A DNA stretch of 63,760 bases, filler included, from Octopus bimaculoides (lineage: Eukaryota): NCBI RefSeq assembly GCF_001194135.2. It is 4 parts of 4 records of this genome, joined end to end, with 100 filler letters (N's around TTAATTAATTAA, not from the genome) between each part and the next. Parts side by side here need not be neighbours in the genome. Positions count along the whole stretch, not along the records: positions 28,974 to 57,034 come from NC_068985.1; positions 57,135 to 62,391 come from NC_068981.1; positions 62,492 to 63,760 come from NW_026306723.1; 1 more part is not named here. One strand, 5' to 3'. This document shows, one piece after another, positions 49,951 through 63,760 of the stretch. Position 1 is the stretch's first letter. Each line of letters starts with the position of its first letter. The translations under genes and the position numbers were made by a program. Under the pieces are notes generated by a model. That model made no database searches, had not been told where the DNA came from, and saw only the letters and a list, made by a program, of their open reading frames with translations.

Positions 49951-50195
49951 CTCACATTTTCCTTCTCTTTATCTTTGTTCCAGCCTTTTTGTTGTTTTCT
50001 TTTTTCGACACTGACTGACTGACATATTATACTTTTCATGTCATGCCCATAACTGTGCAGCAATGCACCTCCCACACCGTGCCCCAAATGTGCAACAACA
50101 TTGCAACAATCTGCACCCACCCACTCATTACACGCATACTGACATATACTGCAACGACTGCCACACATACATAGATAGATAGATGGATACATACA

Positions 50196-50226
<31 letters not shown>

Positions 50227-51159
50227 GTACATACATACTCATGCATACATACATGCTTATATAATTACATACCTACTGACATACAAACATATATACATGC
50301 ATATATGCACACACATAATACACATGCATACACACATGCACATATGCTCACATACGTACTGACATACATACATGTATACATACATACACACATATATATA
50401 TATCTACACATACATACATTGATACATACACATACATACGTACATATATACATACACACATATCCACATACATGCATACATATACACATAGATATATATT
50501 TACATACATACATGCACACACATACCCTTACATACATTCATAAGTACATTAACATACATACGTACATACATACATACATACATACATGCATGCATCTTTA
50601 CATACGCTTTTATACATACATACACACTTGCGCACATACATACATTCATCTATAAAGTATACCCACATGCATACATATACACATGCATATATACATACAT
50701 ATATATTTACTTACATGCATACACACGTGCACATATATACATTCATAAGTACATACACATACATACGTACATACATACATGCATGCATACATACATACAT
50801 ATATACATACATACATACATACATGCATGCATCCGTACATACGCTTACATACATACATACATACACACACACTTGCGGACATACATACATTCATCTATAA
50901 AGTATACACACACTGCAATATACATCTGTCACTCTATACTCTAAATATCACTCCCAGAATGCCTCATTACCCCTCATGCAACTTACATGCATTCAAAATT
51001 GCCCCCTCAAAAAACACAAAAACTTCAACTCGACATCCCTTACATTATATTAGCCACGATATGGTAACGCATTACTTGGCCCACAAAACCCGTTTTCGCC
51101 ATATTTTCTTCTACAGCAACGGTGTAATTTTGGTGATGATATCCTTTATACTTTATCGT

Positions 51160-51830
51160 TTAATTGTTTCAGTTATGAGACTGCGGTCATGCTGGAACAT
51201 CACTTTGAAGAATTTTTTTTTCTCGAATGAATTATTTTGTTGTTAAGCCTGTTGCTTATTCTGTCAACACGTTTAACGAACCGCTAAGTTACGGAGACGT
51301 AGACACATCAACAGCGGCTGTCTAGCGGTAGTGGCGGATAAGCACACATGCGAAGACACAGACACATGTATGTATATATTTTTTTACTTGTTTCAGTCAT
51401 TTGACTGCGAACATGCTGGAGAATTGCCTTGAAGGATTTTAATCGAACAAACCGCGCCCAGTGATTAATCCTTAAGCCTAGTACTTCTTGTATCGATACT
51501 TTTAGGACTTATTGTATCGATACTTTTGCCGAACCTGTAAGTTACAGGTACGTAAACACGCCAACAGCGGTTGTCAACCGGTGACGGTGATGATAAACAG
51601 AGGTAGAAAGACACACACACAAAGACACACACACAAAGACACACACACAAAGACACACACACACACACACTTACACACACACACACACACGCACACATAC
51701 GACGGGTTTCTTTCAGTTTCCGTCTTCTAAATCTATAGTAGAAGACACTTGCCCAAAGTGCTACGCAGTGGGACTGAACCCAGAACCACGTGGTTGGTAA
51801 GCAAGCTACTTACCACACAGCCACTCCTGT
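51160..51830 (-). mobile_element. SINE B body fragment (51160-51360) plus a full SINE C+B (51385-51830)
   Basis: Two B bodies in tandem, a (CA)-rich spacer, and a C head at 51700-51830. Confidence 0.75.
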
Positions 51831-52704
51831 ATTAGACATTGGCCTATACTGGCCGAAACTTAGCAAAGTTATATATTTCTGTATTTCAGGATAGTCATTT
51901 TCTTTTGCCAAATACACACACACTATATATATTTGTTCTTCTCACGTTTATCACACACCTGAGACCTCTTCAGCGACACTTTTCGTTTTCTTGTGTGTTT
52001 TTGCTCCACTTAGTCCATTCTGTTCTTCTAAGATGTGTATCCTTAAGTGCGCATGCGTTTGTGTCCTTGTTTGTGTGTATCTGTGTGTGTGCGTGTGTGT
52101 GTGTATGTATGTGTGTGTGTGTGTGCTCATGTGAGTGTCATAGTTTTTAGCAGCAGTGTGGGCTTCCCCTCAGCCCCATCCTTTCACCCCCAATGTGCTG
52201 CTGCTGTCCTAAGACACGAAAAACATACATACAGTACAGTTCCTGTATTCCTCTGTGTGTGTTCGCCTACGTTGTTGCCATCGTTGTAGTTGTTGTTGTT
52301 AATGACATCGTTGGCAACCGCCGCTGCTGCTAGCGTGTCATTTGTTTGACATTGTTATGGCCGTCCATCAAGTTTCATGTCTGTGTATTTATGTGCATGT
52401 ATGGGTTCGCTTCGTATGTATCCATGCCCTTTATACAGTGTTACTCATTTATTTTGTCTATCTTTGTCTTACATTTATCACAGGTATGTGACAGATATAT
52501 TTATATACTTATTTATTTATCTATTTATATATTTATTTACTAACTTTTTGGGGGAGTAGAATCGAATGTAACCCAAAAGCCTTGAAACTGAGCTCCAATA
52601 GAGATTATTCAGAGAAAAGGTCTTAAAAAAATCTCACAAAAAATATTAAAATAGGAAAAGAAAATTAAATGGCAGAAAATGTGAATGTAGAGTGTGTGTG
52701 TGCG

Positions 52705-52763
<59 letters not shown>

Positions 52764-52839
52764 NNNNNNNNNNNNNNNNNNNNNNNNNNNNNNNNNNNNN
52801 NNNNNNNNNNNNNNNNNNNNNNNNNNNNNNNNNNNNNNN

Positions 52840-52907
<68 letters not shown>

Positions 52908-53201
52908 AGATTGCTGCTTAAAGGAAAGAATGTGTTAAGTGCTTCAGTGAGTTGGCCTTCATCAAGGTAAAGCTTTCCTTCGAGGAAGGACAAATGTTTG
53001 GAACATTTAGAGGGTTTTTAATTCCTTTCTTGCAGCGTAAAACTAAAACTAGAGAATGCGTGTTGTTTGCTGCTTTTATTATTCAAAGGAATCTTTTTCA
53101 TTTGTTCTTGAGATTTTTTCACAAAAACGAAATTGCTTCTGCGTACCATACACAACACATCAAAAGTAATTCACTGGAGACTGTCACATCGTAGCCGAGA
53201 T

Positions 53202-53857
53202 TAGCGGTCACCAACCTTTTCCACACAACGGACCGTGTTTATGCGAGACAAGTCTCCCACAGACCGGGAAATCACGTGCGTAAGAAAACTCAATAAAGTG
53301 CATGATATATAATCTTATTATCACTTGTGTAATACATTTGTATAACATATATAATGCATTATAATGGGATACAAGGTTCGCGATATCAGCTGAATATTGC
53401 CTTCTCCCATTAATTTCTTGTTCTTCGTGTTGTTTAAGGCTCCAGCAGTCGAGGAAAGAAGTCTTAGGCAAAACGCAGGTTCTCAAACAGTTTTATTTAC
53501 ACTATACACAGGGGTGAAGTGCATTACTCTCTGTAGCAATCTCATGCCGCGTGAGTTCGTCGTTCTTCGTTACGCGGGCCATTGCCTCAGGCGATACGAC
53601 AAGCGGATTAGCCTAGAGGCCCAGCCAGTGAAGTGTGCTCTAGATGCAGGTGAGATCTCGCTCCAGTCTCGGAGATGGCAATGGCTGCCGCGAGATCTCA
53701 TCCAACATGGTGCTGACTGCTTGTGCCGCTACAACATATATAATGCAAAAATATCTTGCAAATAACGCTAGTCAATGAAATAGAAATAAAACTTTAAAAG
53801 ATATTCTTTCTATGCAGTCCGCTATGAAACTATCCGACTAGTGGTTAGGAACCACTG
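53202..53857. mobile_element. Non-autonomous hAT (Charlie-like) element
   Basis: Ends tagcggtcaccaacctttt..acggacc and ggttaggaaccactg resemble CAGTGGTTCCCAACC-type TIRs; no clean TSD seen. Confidence 0.5.
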
Positions 53858-54789
53858 ACCATAATAGTCTGTACCTTGTTCCGATGTTCGTGTGTTTACG
53901 TCCCCGTAAGTTAGTGGGATAGAATAAGCACCAGGCTTACAAAGAACAAGTCTCAACGTCGATTTCTTCGACTAAAGGCGGTGCTTCAGCATGGCTCCAG
54001 TCAAATGATTGAAACGAGTAAAAGAATAAAAGAATAAAATTATATATATATATATATATATNNNNNNNNNNNNNNNNNNNNNNNNNNNNNNNNNNNNNNN
54101 NNNNNNNNNNNNNNNNNNNNNNNNNNNNNNNNNNNNNNNNNNNNNNNNNNNNNNNNNNNNNNNNNNNNNNNNNNNNNNNNNNNNNNNNNNTATATATATA
54201 TAGTATGTGACAATTATTCGCTAGCCATGATAAAACTCCGAGTTTTGGATACCAGAGTGGAAACTCACGCCGTCATCTCTTCAGATAAATTCCTCTATTT
54301 ACATAATATCGAGGTCTCTTTCTTTATTTTGTTGGCTTACATGTTCTATCAATATGTATATATATATATATATGAAGATGTGTATGTGTGTTTACGTAGT
54401 CCTTGGTGCATGTGCATCTTTCATCATTAATAACTCCAGGAAGAGAGAAGAGAGCGAGAGAAAGAGAAAAAGAAGGATAAAGAGAGTACCAAAGGTATCT
54501 GAGGAAGGAAAAAGTGACAAAGAGAGTGGCATGCATGGATGTGTGATTCGGTGTATGTATGTGCATGTGAAAGCATGTGTGTATGATTAGACATGTGTGT
54601 TTGTATGTGTGTATATATGTATGTATATATATGTATGTGTGTGTGTATGTGTGTATGTATGTATATAGGTGTGTATACATGCATTTATGTATGTACGTTC
54701 CTTTCTAATTTTAAGCATTTGAAGTTTTCATGTAAAGCAGGAGCTGGTTTCTGACAAAGATACAGTGCTTCATGGTTAGAATGCCGACA

Positions 54790-55520
54790 GTAAATCTAAA
54801 TTCACACTTTAAAATCGAGAAAAGACATGCACATTTTATTTGTTCCGCTTACAGATTGTATTTATAGTGTGCGAGTCAGTTGGTCAATTTCTTTTTCTGA
54901 ATAACCTGAGCTTTTCCAACTTGTCATTTAGATATTTACCAATCAATACAAGTGCAGCAATTAATATTGCTATTATCTGATTATAGAAGCTGCAAGTTTC
55001 GAAGCAGTTGTTCGGATTTATTCTCTCTCTTTGATTTTCGGAAAGATATTCCCATCAGCAAGGCAGATGACTTTTATGAATGTACATGCAATTTCTTGTC
55101 TCCCCGAAACAACAATATCCAGCATCTTATGCTTGAACTTGCTACAGGTTTTGATGGGAATCTTCCCCCACCCCAGTATTAATTGTGTTGATGTTTGTAG
55201 ATGTTTTCAATATATCTATATTTATCTCATGGCAGTCTTCTAGACTATATATATCTCATGGCAGTCTCTATTTTCGATAGTACTCTATATTGTTTTAGCT
55301 ACAAAGCCGTGTCTCATTGGGACGCTGTACTTTGATGACACTTCTGGGCTGTTACTAATCACATGTGTGATGTCCTCCATAGAAATGTCACATAATCGAC
55401 ATTTTGCTTGCATCTTGGGACTCCAAGAGCTTCACTTTCTTTTGTTCATGATGTAATGCATAATAACCTCATGTTCTTGGATTGGAAACGCGTGACGTAG
55501 GGATCACGAGTCCGAGAGAG
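54790..55520 (-). pseudogene. Decayed REL-endonuclease LINE 3' end (CCHC finger and endonuclease)
   Basis: KCRLCDISMEDITHVISNSPEVSSKYSVPMRHGFVAK (CCHC remnant) and KIPIKTCSKFKHKMLDIVVSGRQEIACTFIKVICLADGNIFPKIKERE. Confidence 0.65.
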
Positions 55521-55702
55521 ACTGTGCATTACGCCGATATTAAGCATGTATATGATGAGCATGCACGTATAGATGTATATCTGTGAATATAACTATATAT
55601 GATACAAAATATTTGCGTATGTATTTATGTATATTGTACGTATATTCATTACTGTGCATGTAAGTACGACATACATATATTCATGAGTCTATACAATTGG
55701 TG

Positions 55703-55761
<59 letters not shown>

Positions 55762-55907
55762 TGTACGTGTATATGTATGTATATAAGTTTGTATTTTATG
55801 TTGTCATCTATGTATATTTGTATGGATGTAATACATGCATTGTTTTATATACGTATTTTCCCGCTACCTGCAATATATGCATGTGTGCTAAGGTAAGTGT
55901 GTGCATG

Positions 55908-55954
<47 letters not shown>

Positions 55955-56073
55955 GCGAGTAAAAATAAATACAAAAAAAGGTGGATTTTTTTGTATGATT
56001 GTGTATAGAGGAATATATTATTTTGCTTAAAAGAGTTCCAACACTGTCTGTTTTTTATGTTTTATTTATATTC

Positions 56074-56127
<54 letters not shown>

Positions 56128-56574
56128 TATATATATCTGTGTGTGTATCTATGTATGTACGTATGCATGTTTGTATTAATGTATGTAATGCATGCATCTG
56201 TATATATTCATTTGAATTTATACATTTTCAGAGGTGACTTAACAATCTTCAGTTACATGCCTGTGTGCATGTATGTATATATGTATGTGTGTGTATGTAT
56301 GTCTTTATGTGTGTATGTATGCATGTGTGTGGTCGAGTGTGCGTGTAAGAAAATGATCTGGTATATGTGTATGTATATATAGTTGTACATTCGTAGATGC
56401 AGGTATGTGTGTGTAGGTGTGTGTGTGTGTGTGTGTGTGTGAGCGTGTGTGTCTGAGCGTTAAAGGTGTGTATGTATGCATGTGTGTGGTCGAGTGTGTG
56501 TAAGAAAATGATCTGGTATATGTGTATTTATATATAGTTCTACATTCGTAGATGCAGGTATGTGTGACTGTGTG

Positions 56575-56605
<31 letters not shown>

Positions 56606-57259
56606 TAAATCTCTAAATTTGATGGAAACACAGCAGTTAAACATAGGAAAATGTGATCATCTCAGTTTAACATGTAATTTACATGTTAAACGTGTAAACT
56701 CAATCAAACAACAAAAGGAACACCAACAACACTAACAAGTGCAGCAACAACAACAATAACATAAACAGCAAAAATTGCAACATAAAACATGAAAAGAATA
56801 ACAATAAGAACAATAACAACAACACCAACAACATCAGCAACAATAACAACAATAACAACAACGGCGACAGCATGAATGACAGCGTACAGTGTCTAAAGAA
56901 CAACGACAGCTAACTGCAGTGACAACAACAACAGCAACAACAACACCACCACCTCCACCACCACCACCAACAACAACAACACCACCTCCACCAACAACAA
57001 CAACAACACCACCACCACCACCACCTCGACCAACNNNNNNNNNNNNNNNNNNNNNNNNNNNNNNNNNNNNNNNNNNNNTTAATTAATTAANNNNNNNNNN
57101 NNNNNNNNNNNNNNNNNNNNNNNNNNNNNNNNNNCTCCCATTCATTCTCTTTATTAAGCAATCTATCGTAGTGGCATCTCCAGACCTCTTTCTTTGCATC
57201 CTCATTTAATGCAAATATATATATGTGTGTGTGTGTGTGTGTGATAGATCGCTGACCAC

Positions 57260-57427
57260 TACATTTATATTTTTTTCTCCTTGTTTCTCTCCTTATTTCT
57301 CTGTGTTCCTTTCAGTTGAAGAGCATAGCTTGAAACGTCAAAGACTTTCTCTATTCCCGAGCGTTAAACTAATACATCCATTTGTTGTTTACACCACCTG
57401 TCTTTGTCTGTTGTTTTTTTCATAAAT

Positions 57428-57430
<3 letters not shown>
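57260..57430 (+). mobile_element. Short repeat with hammerhead-like core (HHR family 3), second copy
   Basis: 57309-57343 reads CTTT-CAGTTGA-A-GAGC(atag)CTT-GAAA-CGT-C-AAAG; the flanks match 11755-11925. Confidence 0.55.
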
Positions 57431-57464
<34 letters not shown>

Positions 57465-57732
57465 TTAACTGGTCAAAACTTCAAAGCCACTGGCCATAAT
57501 ATTCTTGTATATGAATAAGAAATTTGTACTCTACAAAAGTATTGAGTAGCCCCATCAAATTAATGTAAAGTTGTTTTTATTAAACCTGAACATAAAACAC
57601 ACACACTGATGAGGTAAATTCATAAGCATGTAATTTTCAGCAAATAATTATGTTATCCAGTCAGTTGAATTAATGAAACTTTTGTATGTTTTATGAAGCT
57701 TAAAATACCAAATATGTTTTCTGTATTTTATT

Positions 57733-57854
<122 letters not shown>

Positions 57855-58100
57855 TGGAAGAGGAGGTGGGAATTATAAAGAGAAGAAAATGCACAAATTC
57901 TTTTGTATTGTAATTAATGAAATTATTCCAGAATACATTATTACAAGTTCCAAAATGTTTCATTACATACCAATTTCATGTCTCATGGAATTTTGTCATT
58001 TTAATGTACATGTGTAAGGTCTGATTGTTAGCTTTCAGTTAAGATATACAGATATACTATATAGCATTGAAGAAAAGTAATAGATGCATTTGGTAACAAT

Positions 58101-59340
58101 GGAAAAAGTTCTTTGGCTGACCAAGATATTCTCATGGAATGTGACTAAATAAAGTTTATTTTTCAACATAGCCTGCCTTGTGGTCCATAGACTTCTTCCA
58201 TTGATGTTGCAGTACTTGGATCACATTAGTGAAGAAGCTTTCATCCTGTTGGTCAAGCAAAGTCATAAACAACAGATATGACATCATAGTCACTGTGATA
58301 CTCATTCCCAGTCAAGTGTTTCTTCATGTTGGGGAACAGATGATAGTCAGATTGGGTGAAATGAGGAGAATAAGGATGGTGATCAACCATTTCAAAGCCA
58401 TGGTCATGCACAGGAGCTATTGACGCTAAGGACTTGTATACAGAGCATTTTCCTCATGAAACAAAACCCGTTTTGTCAGTTCTCCTTGGTGTTTAGTCTT
58501 ATTAGCCTTTTGTAACTGCATCGGCAAGTTGGCTTTGTACTCTCCATTGACAGTGTGGCCTTTTGGAGATAGTCGATAAGCAATGCTTTTTGCAGCCCCA
58601 AAATCTCAGGCAATCACTTTCCCTGCAAATGAAACAAACTTGGCCATCTTTGGAGCAAGGGAGAAGAGATGTTTATATTGCATGTATAGTCTCTTTGTCT
58701 CTGGCTTAAAGTGATGAACCCAACACTCATCCTGGGTGTGGAAACGTTCAAGAAAACCAGCTGGATCAGACTCAAACAATCTCAGATTTTCTCAGGATGT
58801 GATCAGCCTGGTGTGCTTATCATCAGGTGTCAGAAAACATGGCAGCCACTGTTCCAAGTTCATGGTGCAGAATATTCTCAGCTCTCATGGGATATGCTAA
58901 TAACATTGGCTATTTATAGTAAATCGCCTGTCATCCATCACCATGTGGTGAACATGATCAATGTTTTCTTCAGTGGTAGAAGTTGCAGATCTTCAGTCAT
59001 CTTCAAAACTCTCACTTTTTCTCTTAAATTTAGTTACCCACTTTTGCACTGTTGATAAAGCTAGAGCATCATCCTTTAATGTAGCAACCATGTCAGCATG
59101 TATGTTGTTGGTGGCATAACCCCTCTTCTGCAGGTACTTGATAACACCACAATGCCAGATTTTGTCCATTTTCAAGAGAATTCACTACTAGTTAGTTTTG
59201 AAGTGTTTGTTGAACAGTCAGATGTGAATTTATCTGGAAAACATAAAGCACTTATTAACAAGAAGAATCGAAATTAATGCATGCAATATTTTAAAGCTGT
59301 TGCATCACTTCTTCCTAGTCAGCCAATGAACATTTCAACA
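58101..59340 (-). mobile_element. Decayed Tc1/mariner (mariner-type) transposon
   Basis: HTH region MDKIWHCGVIKYLQKRG...TLKDDALALSTVQKWVTKFKR; WLPCFLTPD (WVPR motif); HPYSPHFTQSDYHLFPNMKKHL (YSPDLAPSD motif); imperfect TIRs at 58101-58125 and 59313-59340. Confidence 0.85.
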
Positions 59341-60459
59341 CATCTTCATGCATACTTTAAATATTCAAAAACAAATGGACAAATCTATTTTTACAAACAA
59401 TATTTGAATTAAAAATGTGTTATAATTATTGATTTAAACTTGGTTTATATTCTATTATAAAAACAATCTCTTTTTAAGCCTATTAGAGACTAGTAGCTTG
59501 TCAATCATTTGTTTTTTGTCTTTTTGGTGTGTGTGTGTCTAAGTGTGGGGAGGACCAAGCTGAATATATGACAATTTTTCACTGTTGTCTATTGTATTAA
59601 AATAATGTATCATGACATGTATTAAAAAAAATAGCCAGTCATAGACAAATGGTCTGTGAACCATATTTTGGCTATCTAAGAGAACTTATGAATCTCATCT
59701 TCTGCTTTAACTGTCACCAACAGCTATAGGCAAGTTGTCACATTTTGCTTTATTCACCATTTAACTTCACCCCTGACTTAGCTTCTCCAAGAGTTCAAAA
59801 ATGTGTAAGTTATCAACAATACATTTACTGCTGTCAGATATTTGCTCATAAATATTGTTACTTTATAGACATGAGCACATGTATGCATATATTCTATAAT
59901 ACCTACCACATTGTATTATTCCATTAACTTTATAAACAATAAATATATATGTACTTTTCTACAACCCATTATCCATTTGGCTAAGTAAAACACAAATATT
60001 TATATACATTTTTACGCATTTACATAAAATTGCCATGATTAATGTTATAAATTGAGATTTTCCACATTTGAATCCTGTCTCATTTTAATATGTAAGTTAG
60101 AACACTTGCTGTGCAATAATTATTGCTTCATATATTGTCGTACTTGGGGATGGTCATTTTATTTATTTATTTATTTTTTGGACAATTAAACACACACAGT
60201 ATTTATTTGATCTTCACTTTACTTTATATTTGTATTATTTTTAGTTTATACATGCTTAGCATGTTGATATGCTTTAAATAAAAAGGAAAAAAATGATATA
60301 TAATTCCTTATTGTTGTTATTTCTATGAATGTTCTTTTAATTTCCAATAATCTCATAAGAGCCAAAAAGAAAGCCATCTTTGATACAAAGTGGTATAATT
60401 CAAGTTATTTTTGTTCATTGCACCAATGTGTTTGTATATGTGTGTACATATATACATAT

Positions 60460-60815
60460 AGTGGAGGCGCAATGGCCCAGTGGTTAGGTCAGTGGACTCG
60501 TGGCCATAGGATCGTGGTTTCAATTCCCAGACTGGGCATTGTGAGTGTTTATTGAGCGAAAACACCTAAAGCTCCACGAGGCTCCGGCAGGGGATGGTGG
60601 CGAACCCTGTTATACTCTTCCACCACAACTTTGTCTCACTCTTACTTCCTGTTTCTGTTGTGCCTGTAATTCAAAGGGTCAGCCTTGTCACACTGTGTCA
60701 CGCTGAATATCCCCGAGAACGATGTTAAGCGTACATGTTAATTTCACGAGCAAGCTGTTCTGTTGATCGGATCAACTGGAACCCTCGACGTCGTAAGCGA
60801 CGGAGTGCCAACAAC
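60460..60815 (+). mobile_element. tRNA-derived SINE family F
   Basis: Head ggaggcgcaatggcccagtggttagg...ggtttcaattccc (A/B-box-like), ending in a caacaaca tail. Confidence 0.65.
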
Positions 60816-60834
60816 ATATACATATATAAATTGT

Positions 60835-60971
60835 AGTTTGCTTCCCAACCACATGGTTCCAGGCTCACTCTCACTGTGTGACACTTTGGGCAAGTGTCTT
60901 CTTCTATAGCCTCAGACTGACCAAAGCCTGGTGAGTAGATTTGGTAGATGGAAACTGAAAGAAGCCTGTTG

Positions 60972-61010
<39 letters not shown>

Positions 61011-61112
61011 TTATCTATCTATCTGTCTGTCTGTCTGTCCGTCCGTCCGTCCGTCCGTCCATCTGTCTGTCCACCCGTCCGTCCGTCCGTCTGTCCGTCT
61101 GTCCGTCTGTCC

Positions 61113-61153
<41 letters not shown>

Positions 61154-61480
61154 ACTATCTATTTATCTGTCTGTCAGTCTATCTATGATATATATATATA
61201 TGGATATATGTGGATATATGTATGTATGTGCATGTGTCTTTCTGTCTGTCATTGTCTACCACCACCACCACCACCAACACCACTACCAACACCACTTGAC
61301 AACTTGTATTGGTGAGTTTACAGCCCCATAACATAGTGGTCCAGCAAAAGAGGCTGATAGGATAAGTACCAGGCTTAAAAAAAAAGAAGTACTGGGGTTG
61401 ATTCTTTTGACTAAAATTCTTCAAGGAGATGCCCCAGCATGGTAGCAGTCTAATGACTAAAACAAGTAAAAGGATAGAAG
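60835..61480 (+). mobile_element. Full SINE C+B with about 270-bp internal tetranucleotide tract
   Basis: C head 60835-60970, (CTAT)/(CTGT)/(CCGT)n, B body 61240-61480. Confidence 0.75.
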
Positions 61481-61503
61481 AATATATATATAATATATAA
61501 TAT

Positions 61504-61763
61504 ATATTCTGTTGTGTCTAGCGAGAGTCATTTTCTTTTCGTGCCTTAAAATTTAACACACTCACCGTTAAATTTCCACTTATTATTTTTATTTTCCTAA
61601 AATTTTCATTGCGTCTTGCAACATTTTCAATAGTTTTGACTCTGTCCGTTATTCACGTTGCGTCTGTTTTTGCTTTTCTTTTAATAAGTGGAAATTTAAC
61701 GGTAAGTGTGTTAAATTTTAAGGCACGAAAAGAAAATGACTCTCCCCAGACACAACAGAATAT
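61504..61763. mobile_element. MITE with about 80-bp terminal inverted repeats
   Basis: 61504-61585 versus 61682-61763 with 3 mismatches; ends in an AT/TA context. Confidence 0.85.
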
Positions 61764-62214
61764 GCTTCAACACACAAAATCACATAAAAAATCTTGCAAA
61801 CCAAATCCAAAAACGAAATATAATATATATATATGTATGTATGTATGTATATATAAATATATATATATATGCGCATATATGTATATGTGTGTGAATGTGT
61901 GTGTGTGTGTGTGTGTGTGAGTGCGTGTGTGTGTGTGTGTGCATGTATGTGTGAGCTCACTTTATCCTCCTGGCTTTATATACATTTTGCATGCTCATTT
62001 TGACTTAAGAGCTTAACAGAGATTCACGCATGAACGAACAGAAAACTCTACAACTCAACAAATAGTTTCAACCTAGCTATAACTTCAAACATTAGTCATC
62101 ATACTCTACCCCAACACTAATGTTAAGCATATAAACTCACACCTACAACTCAAGTAGCCAGTCTAATGAAGCTGACCACAAGCAAAACTTGAATGGTATT
62201 GTGAACCTTTCCCT

Positions 62215-62370
62215 TCTAATATCATCATCATCATCATCGTTTAACATCCGCTTTCCATGCTAGCATGGGTTGGACGATTTGACTGAGGACTGGTGAAACC
62301 GGATGGCAACACTAGGCTCCAATCTAATTTGGCAGAGTTTCTACAGCTGGATGCCCTTCCTAACGCCAAT
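62215..62370 (-). mobile_element. SINE family D
   Basis: (atc)n-gtttaacatccgctttccatgctagcatgggttgg...ggatgcccttcc. Confidence 0.8.
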
Positions 62371-62639
62371 ATATATATATATATATATATANNNNNNNNN
62401 NNNNNNNNNNNNNNNNNNNNNNNNNNNNNNNNNNNTTAATTAATTAANNNNNNNNNNNNNNNNNNNNNNNNNNNNNNNNNNNNNNNNNNNNGTAGAAACA
62501 TTAGTTGAAAAAGAAAGAAAAGAGTAAAACGGAGAAGATGGAAAAGATGTAGAAGGAGACGAAGACGAAGAAGAAAAAAAATGATAATGGTGATGATGAT
62601 GATGATGATGACGAAGTGGAAGTAGATTAGAAACAATGC

Positions 62640-62654
62640 GAAGAAATAGAAATA

Positions 62655-62742
<88 letters not shown>

Positions 62743-63102
62743 AAGAAGAAGAAGAAGAAGAAGAAGAAGAAGAAGAAGAAACTGAAAAACAAACCCGAAA
62801 GAAGAAGTTATGGAAGAAGAAGAAGGAAAGGAATAATAATAAGAAGAAGAAGAAGGGGAAGAAGAAGAAGAAGAAGAAGAAGAAGAAGAAGAAGAAGAAG
62901 AAGAAGAAGAAGAAAAAGAAGAAAAAGAAGAAGAAGAAAAGGTATGAGAAGAAGAAATAGAAGATGAAGAAGAAGAACAACAACAAAGAGAAGAAGAAGA
63001 AAAAAGAAGAAGAAGAAGAAGAAGAAGAAGAAGAAGAAGAAGAAGAAGAAGAAGAAGAAGAAGAAGAAGAAGAAGAAGAAGAAGAAGAAGAAGAAGAAGA
63101 AG

Positions 63103-63134
<32 letters not shown>

Positions 63135-63760
63135 GGCAACTACTAAAAATGCAACAAGAGAAACAATAAAAACAAGGTTTCAAAATTAGTGTATCACTAA
63201 TCCATTCCTAAGTCTACATCTAGACGTTTTAGTCAAGGGTTTTATTTAGTGTTTATGTATAGACAAGTACATTCAGAAACCATAAGAAGAAGAAAAGAAG
63301 AACAAGAAAAAGAAGAAGAAAAGATGAAGAAAAAGAAGAAAAAGAAGAAGAAGAAAAAGAAGAAGAAGAAGAAGTAGAAGAAGAAGAAGAAGAAGAAGAA
63401 GAAGAAGAAGAAGAAGAAGACGAAGAAGAAGAAGAAGAAAAAGAAGGAGACGACGACGACGACGAAGAAGAAGAAGAAGAAGAAGAGAAAGAAAAAGGAG
63501 AATAGGTAGAAGAAGAAGAAGAAGAAGAAGAAGAAAAAGAAGAAAAAGAAGAAGAAGAAGAAGAAGAAAAGAAGAAGAAAAAGAAGAAAAAGAAGAAAAA
63601 TAAAAAGAAGAATAAAAGAAGAAAAGAAAAAGGATGAGAAGAGGAAGTAGAAGATGAAGAAGAACAACAACAAAGACAAGAAGAAAAAGAAGAATAAGAA
63701 GAAAAAGAACAAGGAGAAGAAAAAGAAGAAGAAGAAGAAGAAGAAGAAGAAGAAGAAGAA
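62640..63760. repeat. Long compound (AAT)n/(GAA)n microsatellite
   Basis: Directly visible to the window end. Confidence 0.95.

Noticed and set aside
56665-56691. Perfect 13-bp hairpin gtttaacatgtaa-t-ttacatgttaaac
   Set aside because: Short, AT-rich and single; compatible with chance or local slippage.
59730-59806. Possible plus-strand exon ending tgt|gtaagt
   Set aside because: Isolated, with no partner exons and no recognisable peptide.

Overview
Repeat-dominated, AT-rich animal genomic DNA with many N gaps. The SINE families, microsatellite load and LINE types suggest an octopus (coleoid cephalopod) scaffold; this is inferred, not database-checked. I found no complete protein-coding gene, and almost all ORFs in the track are microsatellite or transposon read-throughs. 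The window holds dozens of tRNA-derived SINE copies and decayed fragments of RTE LINEs, restriction-like-endonuclease (R4/Dong-type) LINEs, a Gypsy LTR element, a mariner transposon, hAT MITEs and a TA-flanked MITE. The most interesting signal is four fold-back insertions between 2.6 and 16.9 kb. Each is bounded by a 9-13 bp target-site duplication, and its inverted arms carry a minimal type I hammerhead ribozyme motif. One encloses a Penelope-type GIY-YIG endonuclease fragment. In three of them the ribozyme-bearing arm is fused through a (TAA)n linker to a tRNA-like Pol III A/B-box head, suggesting a Penelope-mobilised SINE or a Penelope terminal repeat that captured a Pol III promoter. At least three further unrelated repeat types also carry hammerhead-like cores. 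A few unconfirmed exon-like segments lie on the minus strand. Coordinates were counted by eye; ends of decayed elements are approximate.
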